Source of the DNA: Escherichia coli
GTDB lineage: Bacteria > Pseudomonadota > Gammaproteobacteria > Enterobacterales > Enterobacteriaceae
Length of the DNA: 64,000 nt
NCBI RefSeq assembly: GCF_003334385.1
Contig: NZ_QOWN01000013.1
Direction: 5' to 3' (one strand)
Part shown: positions 45,543 through 58,865 of the stretch, piece after piece
Position numbering within the stretch: the stretch's first letter is position 1
How the letters are laid out: the number at the start of each line of letters is the position of its first letter
Notes under the pieces: model-generated
What the model saw: the letters and a program-made list of their open reading frames with translations, nothing else
The model's database searches: none
Told to the model about the DNA's origin: nothing
Position numbers and translations under genes: made by a program

Positions 45543-45650
45543 ATGACGCTCGCGCAGTTTGCCATGATTTTCTGGCACGACCTGGCAGCACCGATCCTAG
45601 CGGGAATTATTACCGCAGCGATTGTCAGCTGGTGGCGTAACCGGAAGTAA
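45543..45650 (+). CDS. ldr: Ldr type I toxin peptide (35 aa), copy 2
   Basis: Peptide identical to copy 1; terminator hairpin downstream. Confidence 0.85.
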   Translation: MTLAQFAMIFWHDLAAPILAGIITAAIVSWWRNRK

Positions 45651-45798
45651 GGTGAAAACGGGCGTCAGGCTGCCGTGATGGCAATATGCGCCCGAAACCG
45701 GCCGCAGGGGTAACAGCCTGCGGCCTTTTTTGTATCCGGCACCCATGAAAAAAGTCTTAACGCAGAACGCTAATACTTTATTTTTCAAGCAAAAAAGA

Positions 45799-46662
<864 letters not shown>

Positions 46663-46688
46663 TTAATCTTGAGTAAAATGTCGATTAA

Positions 46689-47498
46689 TTAATGCAGCAC
46701 AATATGTTTATGCGCGATGTTATTTATTTGCGCACGGATCATTTCGCTGATCGGGTCTTCCGGACACTGTTCAACGAAATAACTTAAATCGTTCAACGCA
46801 ACGTGTTCGCAATCCAGTTGCGCATAAATCAACCCGCGATCGCGAATTTCATAGGGATCTTCAGGGTTGAATTGTAATAAAGCTTCGCTGGTGCGTAACG
46901 CCAGCTCCATCTGATTTTCTTCCATCAACGAGGCTTTGAGTGTATCCAGCAATTTGCGGATTACCTCAATGTTATCAGCTTCATCAAGGTCTTCATAAAA
47001 CAGTTCCGCCGACGGGCTGATATTTCCCTTTAACCATACGTCCAGCATATGTTCGCTTAACGATTCACCGTTAAAAGGATTAATCAGCCAAATTTCGCCA
47101 TCCGGACATTCAATGCGCAATATCAGCTGCGTAGGGAAAATCACCGGCAGCAGCGGCAAATCGAGACGATTCGCGACCCATAATAAAACCGCACCTAATG
47201 ATACCGCACTGCCCTGTCGATTCTTTAACACCTGGTCCAGCCATAATGCATCGGAAAGACGATAAACACCGCGTGAGGCTTTAAATCCCCAGTCGCCGTA
47301 AAACAGCGCGATCAGTTTTTCCAACTGCTCTTCTAAAGGCAGAAGCTGGCTGATTTCTTCCTTCGCCAGACTAACGAGACGCTCCAGTTCGTCGTAAACA
47401 TCTTGCGAGGGAAAATCGCGGCGGATTGCTTCGCAAGCCAGGATCATGCCTTCGCACAATGGCGCTTTATTAAATTCGAAATCAGCTAACGATCTCAT
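46689..47498 (-). CDS. sirB1: SirB1-family protein (YchA)
   Basis: 269 aa, position in the prfA-prmC-sirB2-sirB1-kdsA operon. Confidence 0.85.
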   Translation of the reverse strand: MRSLADFEFNKAPLCEGMILACEAIRRDFPSQDVYDELERLVSLAKEEISQLLPLEEQLEKLIALFYGDWGFKASRGVYRLSDALWLDQVLKNRQGSAVSLGAVLLWVANRLDLPLLPVIFPTQLILRIECPDGEIWLINPFNGESLSEHMLDVWLKGNISPSAELFYEDLDEADNIEVIRKLLDTLKASLMEENQMELALRTSEALLQFNPEDPYEIRDRGLIYAQLDCEHVALNDLSYFVEQCPEDPISEMIRAQINNIAHKHIVLH

Positions 47499-47501
47499 GA
47501 C

Positions 47502-47894
47502 TTACCCCAGTAACGGTACTTTTGTGGTGGCGAGTTTAATGATGATGTACAGCACCACCAACGCCAGCGGGAAGGCAATAATGCGCGCCTGCTGACTGTG
47601 CATACGACGATAATCGAGTGCAATAAAACCCAAAACGATATAAATGATAACTCCAAACAGCTTTTCAGTCAGCCACTGTGCCTGCCCGGAAAATGGCAGG
47701 ATGTGCGCTTTAGCCATCAACGCAATGCCGCTTAACAGTAACAGCGTATCGACAACCGGCGGCACAATGCGCGTCCAGCGAGCAAATGCCTGTGGATGCT
47801 TCTGATAACGTAGCCAGAAACGTAAGGTTAATAGCCCAACAGAAAGCGCGATACTAATAAGATGAACACTAAGCAGTGTAGAAAAACTTGTCAT
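47502..47894 (-). CDS. sirB2: SirB2-family inner membrane protein (YchQ)
   Basis: 130-aa multi-TM ORF, operon position. Confidence 0.85.
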   Translation of the reverse strand: MTSFSTLLSVHLISIALSVGLLTLRFWLRYQKHPQAFARWTRIVPPVVDTLLLLSGIALMAKAHILPFSGQAQWLTEKLFGVIIYIVLGFIALDYRRMHSQQARIIAFPLALVVLYIIIKLATTKVPLLG

Positions 47895-48724
47895 TGATAA
47901 TAGCGGCCGAGCGTTACGCGCTCGTTATCACCATAGTCACGGCAGGTTTCGACGTCATGATACCCCGCGAGGATAAATGCTTGTCGCACCGCTTCGCCCT
48001 GCTGCCAGCCATGTTCCAGAAGCAGAAAGCCGCCGGATACCAGCGCGTTACGCGACTGTTCGATGATATGCACGATGTCTGCCATTCCACTGTCTGCCGC
48101 AACCAGCGCAGTGAGCGGCTCAAAGCGGACATCGCCTTGTTGAAGATGAGGGTCCTGCTCGTCAATATACGGCGGATTGCTGACAATCATCGCAAACTGC
48201 TGCCCGGCTAGCGCGCTAAACCAGTCGCTTTGCAGAATGTGGATATTTTTGATCGCCAGATGCTGGGCATTACGTTGTGCCAGGGAGACAGCATCAGGCA
48301 TACGATCTACAGCGATAATTTCGCAGTCCGGGCGCTCGCTAGCCAGCGCAAGCGCAATCGCCCCGGTACCCGTCCCGAGATCGAGAATACGGCAAGGTTG
48401 TTCAGGCAACCGCGCCAGTGCCTGCTCCACCAGACACTCCGTATCCGGGCGCGGAATTAAGGTCGCTGGCGAAACAAATAACGGCAACGACCAGAATTCT
48501 CGCACCCCGGTTAAATGAGCAATGGGTTCACCATCGCGACGACGTGTCAGTAGCGCATCAAGTTGCTGACATTGTTCGTCAGTCAGCTGCGTTTCACCAA
48601 AGGCGAGAATAAAAGTACGCCCTCTGCCGGTAACATGCTCCAGCAGGATTTCAGCATCACGCCGCGGGCTTTCGCTCGCCTGAAGTTGGCTTATTGCTTC
48701 ACGTAACCAGTGTTGATATTCCAT
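47891..48724 (-). CDS. prmC: Release factor glutamine N5-methyltransferase PrmC (HemK)
   Basis: 277 aa with SAM-binding motif (DLGTGTGAIALA) and NPPY catalytic motif. Confidence 0.95.
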   Translation of the reverse strand: MEYQHWLREAISQLQASESPRRDAEILLEHVTGRGRTFILAFGETQLTDEQCQQLDALLTRRRDGEPIAHLTGVREFWSLPLFVSPATLIPRPDTECLVEQALARLPEQPCRILDLGTGTGAIALALASERPDCEIIAVDRMPDAVSLAQRNAQHLAIKNIHILQSDWFSALAGQQFAMIVSNPPYIDEQDPHLQQGDVRFEPLTALVAADSGMADIVHIIEQSRNALVSGGFLLLEHGWQQGEAVRQAFILAGYHDVETCRDYGDNERVTLGRYYQ

Positions 48725-49806
48725 TATTCCTGCTCGGACAACGCCGCCAGTTGGTCGGCCTGATGTTCCTGGATAATCGGTTCAATCAGCATATCCAGCT
48801 TACCTTCCATCACTTCATCCAGGCGGTAGAGCGTCAGGTTGATGCGGTGATCGGTAACGCGCCCCTGCGGGAAGTTGTAAGTACGGTTACGGTCGCTGCG
48901 ATCGCCACTCCCCAGCAGGTTACGACGGGTAGACGCTTCGGCCTGTTGGCGTTTTGCCATTTCAGCAGCGTGGATGCGAGCACCGAGAACAGAAAGTGCT
49001 TTAGCTTTGTTTTTATGTTGTGAACGTTCGTCCTGACATTCAACAACAATCCCGGTCGGCAAGTGAGTAATACGAATTGCCGAATCGGTGGTGTTAACGT
49101 GCTGACCACCCGCCCCTGACGAGCGGAAAGTATCAATGCGTAAATCTGCTGGGTTGATGTCCGGCAGTTCTGCGTCAGGCAGTTCTGGCATTACCGCAAC
49201 GGTACAAGCAGAAGTATGAATACGACCCTGCGATTCCGTAGCAGGAACACGTTGCACGCGATGACCGCCGGATTCAAATTTCAGACGACCATACACACCA
49301 TCACCGCTAATTTTGGCGATGATCTCTTTATAACCACCATGTTCACCCTCGCTGGCGCTCATGATTTCTACCCGCCAGCGGCGGGCTTCGGCATAACGGC
49401 TGTACATACGGAACAGATCGCCCGCGAACAGCGCCGCTTCGTCGCCGCCGGTTCCGGCTCGGACTTCGAGGAAGGCGTTACGTTCGTCATCAGGATCTTT
49501 TGGCAGTAACAGAACCTGTAATTGCTGTTCCAGTTGCTCGCTTTTTTCTTTAGCTTCGCGCAGTTCCTCCTGCGCCATCTCACGCATTTCAGGATCATCG
49601 AGCATCATCTGTGCGGTTTCGATATCTTCCTGAACCTGTTGCCAGTCAGTAAAACAGCGCGAAACATCACTTAACTGCGCATATTCGCGTGATAATGCGC
49701 GAAAACGTTCCTGGTCGGCGATAGTTTGCGCGTCACCCAGCAACGCCTGAACTTCTTCATGGCGTTCATGCAGGGCTTCCAGTTTGGCAACGATAGAAGG
49801 CTTCAT
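48724..49806 (-). CDS. prfA: Peptide chain release factor 1
   Basis: 360 aa with GGQ motif (SGAGGQHVN) and PxT stop-codon recognition region. Confidence 0.97.
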   Translation of the reverse strand: MKPSIVAKLEALHERHEEVQALLGDAQTIADQERFRALSREYAQLSDVSRCFTDWQQVQEDIETAQMMLDDPEMREMAQEELREAKEKSEQLEQQLQVLLLPKDPDDERNAFLEVRAGTGGDEAALFAGDLFRMYSRYAEARRWRVEIMSASEGEHGGYKEIIAKISGDGVYGRLKFESGGHRVQRVPATESQGRIHTSACTVAVMPELPDAELPDINPADLRIDTFRSSGAGGQHVNTTDSAIRITHLPTGIVVECQDERSQHKNKAKALSVLGARIHAAEMAKRQQAEASTRRNLLGSGDRSDRNRTYNFPQGRVTDHRINLTLYRLDEVMEGKLDMLIEPIIQEHQADQLAALSEQE

Positions 49807-49847
49807 AGGCGTAAATGCACCCTGTAAAAAAAGAAAATGATGTACTG

Positions 49848-51104
49848 CTACTCCAGCCCGAGGCTGTCGCGCAGAATATTCAGGCGTTCGTTATCCCCGT
49901 CACGGGCGGCCTGTTGAAGTGATTTCGTTGGCGCATGGATCAAGCGGTTAGTCAGTTTCCATGCCAGATCCTGCATAATGGCTTGCGCGTCGCCGCCCTG
50001 CTCAAGGGCCGCTAACGCTTTGGCGGTTAACTCATCGCGAACTTGCTCTGCCTGGCTGCGATACTCGCGAATGGTTTCGCTGGCGCTTTGTGCTCGCAGC
50101 CACGCCATAAATTCGCTGGTTTCCTGAGCGACAATAGTTTCCGCCTCAACCGCTGCGGCTTTACGCTGCGCCAGGTTGTGCGAAATGATGCTTTGCAGAT
50201 CATCAACGCTATAAAGATAAGCATTCGCCAGTTTGCCAACTTCCGGCTCAACATCGCGCGGAACGGCAATATCCACCAACAGCATTGGTTGGTTGCGACG
50301 GCTTTTTAATGCACGCTCCACCATGCCTTTCCCGATAATCGGTAACGGGCTGGCGGTGGAACTGATGATGATATCGGCTTCGCGCAGACGTTCGTCGATA
50401 TCACTCAGGGCAATCACTTCCGCGCCGACTTCATCTGCCAGAATTTGGGCACGTTCGCGAGTGCGGTTGGCGATAATCATCTTCTGTACTTTGTGTTCGC
50501 GCAGATGACGCGCCACCAGCTCGATAGTTTCGCCCGCGCCTACCAGCAACACTGTGACCGTAGAGAGCGATTCAAAGATCTGCCGCGCCAGCGTACAAGC
50601 CGCAAAAGCGACAGACACAGCGCTGGCACCGATATCTGTTTCAGTGCGAACGCGTTTCGCGACAGAGAAAGATTTCTGGAACATGCGTTCCAGTTCGCTG
50701 GCCTTCATATGACCTTTTTGCGAATCGGCAAACGCTTTTTTAACCTGACCGAGGATCTGCGGCTCCCCCAGAACCAGTGAATCCAGGCCGCTGGCAACAC
50801 GCATTAAATGGCTAACCGCGTCGTTATCCTGATGCCAGTAGAGGCTTTTACGCAGATCTTCTTCATTAAGATTGTGATAATCGCAAAGCCAGCGGATTAA
50901 CGCCTCTTGCAGGTTGTCCTGCTCTTCAACGCTAAGATAAAGTTCCGTGCGGTTGCACGTCGACAGCACCACGCCGCCCTGCACCATCGGCTGCGCAAGC
51001 AGGCTGTCAAGCGCCTGATCGAGCTTATCCGGCGAAAACGATACACGTTCTCGCAGCGATACAGGTGCCGTTTTATGGTTGATACCGAGTGCTAAAAGGG
51101 TCAT
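49848..51104 (-). CDS. hemA: Glutamyl-tRNA reductase
   Basis: 418 aa from [21 protein letters not shown]; the ORF track extends 66 codons upstream with no stop. Confidence 0.95.
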
Positions 51105-51248
51105 GTCTGCGGGAAATAATACCAACGTTGATAGGGTTAGTCTGCTTGCATCATACAGGATGCGTAAGATCAATAAAAGAGAGCGCCCCCTTTTGGAGTA
51201 ATTGCCGAAAGCCGTTAGATTCTGGCAATTAAGACAACTTGAACATAG

Positions 51249-51940
<692 letters not shown>

Positions 51941-51941
<1 letters not shown>

Positions 51942-52792
51942 TGCGGACACAGTGGCCCTCTCCGGCAAAACTTAATCTGTTTTTATACATTACCGGTCAG
52001 CGTGCGGATGGTTACCACACGCTGCAAACGCTGTTTCAGTTTCTTGATTACGGCGACACCATCAGCATTGAGCTTCGTGACGATGGGGATATTCGTCTGT
52101 TAACGCCCGTTGAAGGCGTGGAACATGAAGATAACCTGATCGTTCGCGCAGCGCGATTGTTGATGAAAACTGCGGCAGACAGCGGGCGTCTTCCGACGGG
52201 AAGCGGTGCGAATATCAGCATTGACAAGCGTTTGCCGATGGGCGGCGGTCTCGGCGGTGGTTCATCCAATGCCGCGACGGTCCTGGTGGCATTAAATCAT
52301 CTCTGGCAATGCGGGCTAAGCATGGATGAGCTGGCGGAAATGGGGCTGACGCTGGGCGCAGATGTTCCTGTCTTTGTTCGGGGGCATGCCGCGTTTGCCG
52401 AAGGCGTTGGTGAAATACTAACGCCGGTGGATCCGCCAGAGAAGTGGTATCTGGTGGCGCACCCTGGTGTAAGTATTCCGACTCCGGTGATTTTTAAAGA
52501 TCCTGAACTCCCGCGCAATACGCCAAAAAGGTCAATAGAAACGTTGCTAAAATGTGAATTCAGCAATGATTGCGAGGTTATCGCAAGAAAACGTTTTCGC
52601 GAGGTTGATGCGGTGCTTTCCTGGCTGTTAGAATACGCCCCGTCGCGCCTGACTGGGACAGGGGCCTGTGTCTTTGCTGAATTTGATACAGAGTCTGAAG
52701 CCCGCCAGGTGCTAGAGCAAGCCCCGGAATGGCTCAATGGCTTTGTGGCGAAAGGCGCTAATCTTTCCCCATTGCACAGAGCCATGCTTTAA
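51941..52792 (+). CDS. ispE: 4-diphosphocytidyl-2-C-methyl-D-erythritol kinase
   Basis: 283 aa, GHMP kinase motif ([14 protein letters not shown]). Confidence 0.95.
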
Positions 52793-52816
52793 GCCGGGCA
52801 AGCTGAGTTTCGGTGA

Positions 52817-53890
<1,074 letters not shown>

Positions 53891-53906
53891 TCGAACCCGG
53901 CTCAAA

Positions 53907-53929
53907 GACCCGCTGCGGCGGGTTTTTTT
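53907..53929 (+). terminator. prs rho-independent terminator
   Basis: AAAGACCCGCtgcgGCGGGTTTTTTTG. Confidence 0.7.
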
Positions 53930-54014
53930 GTCTGTAATATCCATTTGTATGACCTATGCCTCCTTCACCTGCCATTTAGTTGACAGATGATGCGCTCACG
54001 GATGAAACATTATT

Positions 54015-55694
54015 GTGAACAAAATATTTTCCTCACATGTGATGCCTTTCCGCGCTCTGATCGACGCTTGCTGGAAAGAAAAATATACTGCCGCACGGTT
54101 TACCCGTGACCTGATTGCCGGGATAACCGTCGGGATTATTGCTATCCCGCTGGCGATGGCGTTGGCTATTGGTAGTGGTGTGGCACCCCAGTACGGTTTA
54201 TATACCGCAGCTGTTGCGGGGATTGTCATTGCTCTGACGGGTGGGTCACGCTTTAGCGTTTCCGGTCCGACTGCGGCATTTGTGGTAATTCTCTATCCCG
54301 TGTCGCAACAGTTTGGACTGGCAGGACTGCTGGTTGCGACCTTGCTGTCGGGGATCTTTTTGATTCTGATGGGTCTGGCACGCTTTGGTCGCCTGATTGA
54401 GTATATTCCGGTTTCCGTCACCTTAGGTTTCACCTCGGGTATCGGGATCACCATCGGTACCATGCAGATTAAAGATTTTCTCGGTCTGCAAATGGCCCAT
54501 GTCCCGGAACATTATCTACAAAAAGTCGGCGCATTATTTATGGCGCTGCCGACCATTAATGTGGGTGATGCTGCCATTGGCATTGTGACGCTAGGTATTC
54601 TTGTTTTTTGGCCGCGTCTGGGCATTCGTTTACCCGGTCACCTTCCGGCCTTGCTGGCTGGTTGCGCGGTGATGGGGATTGTTAACCTGCTCGGCGGACA
54701 TGTTGCTACCATCGGTTCGCAATTCCACTACGTCCTGGCCGATGGTTCTCAGGGTAACGGTATTCCGCAACTGCTGCCGCAACTGGTGCTGCCGTGGGAT
54801 CTGCCTAATTCAGAATTCACGCTAACCTGGGATTCTATTCGCACACTGCTGCCTGCGGCATTCTCAATGGCAATGCTCGGCGCAATCGAATCTCTGCTCT
54901 GCGCCGTGGTGCTGGATGGTATGACCGGGACGAAACACAAGGCGAACAGCGAACTGGTTGGACAGGGACTGGGGAATATTATCGCTCCGTTCTTTGGTGG
55001 TATTACCGCTACAGCTGCCATCGCGCGTTCTGCCGCTAACGTCCGTGCCGGGGCAACGTCCCCTATCTCGGCGGTGATCCACTCTATTCTGGTTATTCTT
55101 GCCCTGCTGGTACTGGCACCGCTGCTCTCCTGGCTGCCGCTTTCCGCCATGGCAGCCCTGCTGTTGATGGTGGCGTGGAACATGAGTGAAGCGCACAAAG
55201 TGGTCGACTTGCTGCGTCATGCGCCGAAAGATGACATCATCGTCATGCTGCTGTGCATGTCGCTGACCGTGTTGTTTGATATGGTTATTGCCATCAGCGT
55301 GGGGATCGTGCTGGCATCGCTGCTGTTTATGCGTCGTATCGCACGTATGACTCGCCTGGCACCGGTAGTCGTAGATGTTCCAGACGATGTCCTGGTTCTG
55401 CGCGTTATTGGCCCGCTGTTTTTTGCTGCTGCTGAAGGCTTATTCACGGACCTGGAGTCACGTCTTGAAGGCAAACGGATTGTGATTCTGAAGTGGGATG
55501 CCGTTCCGGTACTTGATGCTGGTGGTCTTGATGCGTTCCAGCGTTTTGTGAAGCGTCTGCCCGAGGGATGTGAACTGCGCGTGTGCAACGTGGAATTCCA
55601 GCCACTGCGCACTATGGCTCGCGCTGGCATTCAACCGATCCCGGGACGCCTGGCGTTCTTCCCGAATCGTCGCGCGGCGATGGCGGATTTATAA
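54015..55694 (+). CDS. dauA: SulP-family C4-dicarboxylate transporter DauA (YchM)
   Basis: 559 aa with multi-TM SulP core and C-terminal STAS domain. Confidence 0.93.
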
Positions 55695-55748
55695 GTACGA
55701 GATTGACCAGTCAGCGCAAACTGACTGGTCAGCAAACTGCATTATTTG

Positions 55749-56027
55749 TTAGCTATGACGGCGATTATCGCTACGGCGGCAACGTTTGTCATAGTGGCGA
55801 ACCCACCAGTAACGGTCGCACACCTGTTCATGCCCGCCAACACGGGCACCCGCCAGCCAGAGAATGGCACCGACGAAAATACTTAGCACTGCACCATGTG
55901 CGAAATACTGGGGCATATTAAACTGTGGTAACTGGTTGAGGATTGAATACCCCACGCCGACCACCATTACCACCAGACCCAACCCCATGAGCACGTTACC
56001 GAGTAACGAAGCGTTTTTGCGTTTCAT
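55749..56027 (-). CDS. ychH: Small inner membrane protein YchH
   Basis: 92 aa with two TM helices, synteny. Confidence 0.85.
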   Translation of the reverse strand: MKRKNASLLGNVLMGLGLVVMVVGVGYSILNQLPQFNMPQYFAHGAVLSIFVGAILWLAGARVGGHEQVCDRYWWVRHYDKRCRRSDNRRHS

Positions 56028-56304
56028 ATGTCACCTCCGGAACTTTCTGGGTTGTAACAGGGAATACCCCTCTTCCTTATGTGTAAAGTATAGACAACAC
56101 TCAGTGGGTTATGTGCGGGCGTGATCACAATTACAACCCTTATTTCAACAAAACTTTACAAATAAACGCCTGAACACCTTGACTTTCTAATAGTCCACTC
56201 AGGCAATTATTACGTTATCTGCATTTGATACGCAGTTTTTTGTCAAGCGGGGCCGCAACCAGTAAACTACGCGCCAGTTATGTACACACTCAGGACAAAA
56301 AAAC

Positions 56305-56889
56305 GTGACGATTAAATTGATTGTCGGCCTGGCGAACCCCGGTGCTGAATACGCCGCAACGCGACATAATGCTGGTGCCTGGTTCGTTGACTTACTGGCA
56401 GAGCGTTTGCGCGCTCCGCTGCGCGAAGAGGCTAAATTCTTTGGTTATACTTCGCGAGTCACTCTTGGAGGCGAAGATGTCCGCCTGTTAGTCCCGACTA
56501 CATTTATGAATCTCAGCGGCAAAGCCGTTGCGGCGATGGCCAGTTTTTTCCGCATTAATCCGGACGAAATTCTGGTGGCCCACGACGAACTGGATCTGCC
56601 TCCTGGCGTCGCCAAATTTAAATTGGGCGGTGGCCATGGTGGTCACAATGGACTGAAAGACATCATCAGTAAATTGGGTAATAACCCTAACTTTCACCGT
56701 TTACGCATCGGAATCGGTCATCCGGGCGATAAAAATAAAGTTGTCGGTTTTGTGTTAGGCAAACCGCCTGTTAGTGAACAGAAGTTAATTGATGAAGCCA
56801 TTGACGAAGCGGCGCGTTGTACTGAAATGTGGTTTACAGATGGCTTGACCAAAGCAACGAACCGATTGCACGCCTTTAAAGCGCAATAA
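56305..56889 (+). CDS. pth: Peptidyl-tRNA hydrolase
   Basis: 194 aa beginning [29 protein letters not shown]. Confidence 0.96.
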
Positions 56890-57005
56890 GTCGTTGTCTG
56901 CGGCATTTTTGCCGAGTGCCGTGTATAATAGGCAAAGTTATTTCCATTTCTGCAATCTGTTAGCAATAACAGGTTGATTATTAAGATATTAAGGTGATTT
57001 AAATC

Positions 57006-58097
57006 ATGGGATTCAAATGCGGTATCGTCGGTTTGCCCAACGTCGGGAAATCTACCCTGTTCAACGCGCTGACCAAAGCCGGTATTGAAGCGGCCAACTT
57101 TCCATTCTGCACCATTGAGCCGAACACAGGCGTCGTACCAATGCCTGATCCTCGCCTGGATCAACTGGCTGAAATCGTAAAACCGCAGCGTACGCTTCCC
57201 ACGACCATGGAATTTGTCGATATCGCCGGTCTGGTAAAAGGCGCATCGAAAGGCGAAGGTCTGGGTAACCAGTTCCTGACCAACATCCGTGAAACCGAAG
57301 CGATCGGTCACGTTGTTCGCTGCTTTGAAAATGACAACATCATTCACGTTTCCGGCAAAGTTAACCCGGCTGACGATATTGAAGTTATCAACACCGAACT
57401 GGCGCTGGCAGACCTCGACACCTGCGAACGTGCGATTCATCGCGTACAGAAGAAAGCCAAAGGTGGCGATAAAGACGCGAAAGCTGAGCTGGCGGTCCTG
57501 GAAAAATGCCTGCCCCAGTTGGAAAATGCAGGTATGCTGCGCGCGCTGGATTTAAGCGCTGAAGAGAAAGCGGCTATTCGTTACCTGAGCTTCCTGACGC
57601 TGAAACCAACAATGTACATCGCCAACGTCAACGAAGACGGTTTTGAAAACAACCCATATCTTGACCAGGTGCGTGAAATCGCGGCGAAAGAAGGTTCTGT
57701 TGTGGTTCCGGTTTGTGCTGCTGTTGAAGCAGACATTGCCGAACTGGACGACGAAGAACGTGACGAGTTTATGCAGGAGCTTGGGCTGGAAGAGCCGGGC
57801 CTGAACCGTGTGATCCGTGCCGGTTATAAACTGCTGAACCTGCAAACTTACTTCACCGCTGGGGTGAAAGAAGTGCGTGCATGGACCATTCCGGTTGGAG
57901 CAACCGCGCCGCAGGCAGCGGGCAAAATCCATACTGATTTTGAAAAAGGCTTTATCCGTGCACAAACCATCTCGTTTGAAGATTTCATCACTTACAAAGG
58001 TGAACAAGGCGCGAAAGAAGCAGGCAAAATGCGTGCAGAAGGTAAAGATTACATCGTGAAAGATGGCGATGTGATGAACTTCCTTTTCAACGTCTAA
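57006..58097 (+). CDS. ychF: Ribosome-binding ATPase YchF
   Basis: 363 aa, Obg-family P-loop (GLPNVGKST) and C-terminal TGS domain. Confidence 0.96.
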
Positions 58098-58154
58098 TTA
58101 ATTTATTGTCTCATGAGGTTTCGCTAAATCTCATGAAGAGCGCAAAAGTATATA

Positions 58155-58180
58155 AAATCCACGCAATTGCGTGGATTTTT
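58155..58180 (+). terminator. ychF rho-independent terminator
   Basis: AAAATCCACGCaattGCGTGGATTTTT. Confidence 0.7.
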
Positions 58181-58865
58181 CATTTCACCGAGTCCTAATC
58201 ATTCTTGTAACATCCTACACTTTTGTGCTTATTGCCTATAGTGAACCACGAGAATAATTAAAGACATAAGTGTTCAGATGACGGATATCTCATTAGCAGT
58301 GATATAACGTAAGTTTTTGTATCACTACACATCAGCCCCCTTCACAGCTGATCAAAATTGATCACGCTCCAATATGCTGGCAAGATGAAAATGATAACCA
58401 GTAGCACAATAACAACGATAGGCCAGAAAACCCATTGACCAAAAATGAATATCGATGTTTTTTGCTTTTTCTTATTAGTAATGCAAAAATGGCGCATATT
58501 GTTTTTGTTATGCAGATACATCAAGCGAAATTCCCATAACTAATTAGGATTATTACAAAAAATCTTCACCAAATTTTTTAACCGCTGTTTGTTGTAATAT
58601 TTTTGCCATATTTATAGTAACGAATTGGAATAAGTAACGACAACTTAGGGAATAACTCGATATAAACTCACCTTTGTAAGGGGGATGTTAAATATATATT
58701 AATTCCTGTGTTCCTGATTTTGCCCGGTAATAGAGAATTATTCTCTGAGAAGCTCATCATGATTGCACCATACAAATATCATGATGATAAGAGGATATTA
58801 TTCATTGATTTAAACAAAATGACAAAATCCATAGACCCATAGTCTGGGTACTATATAGGAGTGGT

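Larger units (their letters stand above)
44725..45725. repeat. Two tandem ~536-bp long direct repeats (LDR), each carrying an ldr toxin gene and an antisense rdl RNA
   Basis: Near-identical blocks with period 536 bp (ldr ATGs at 45007 and 45543). Confidence 0.75.
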
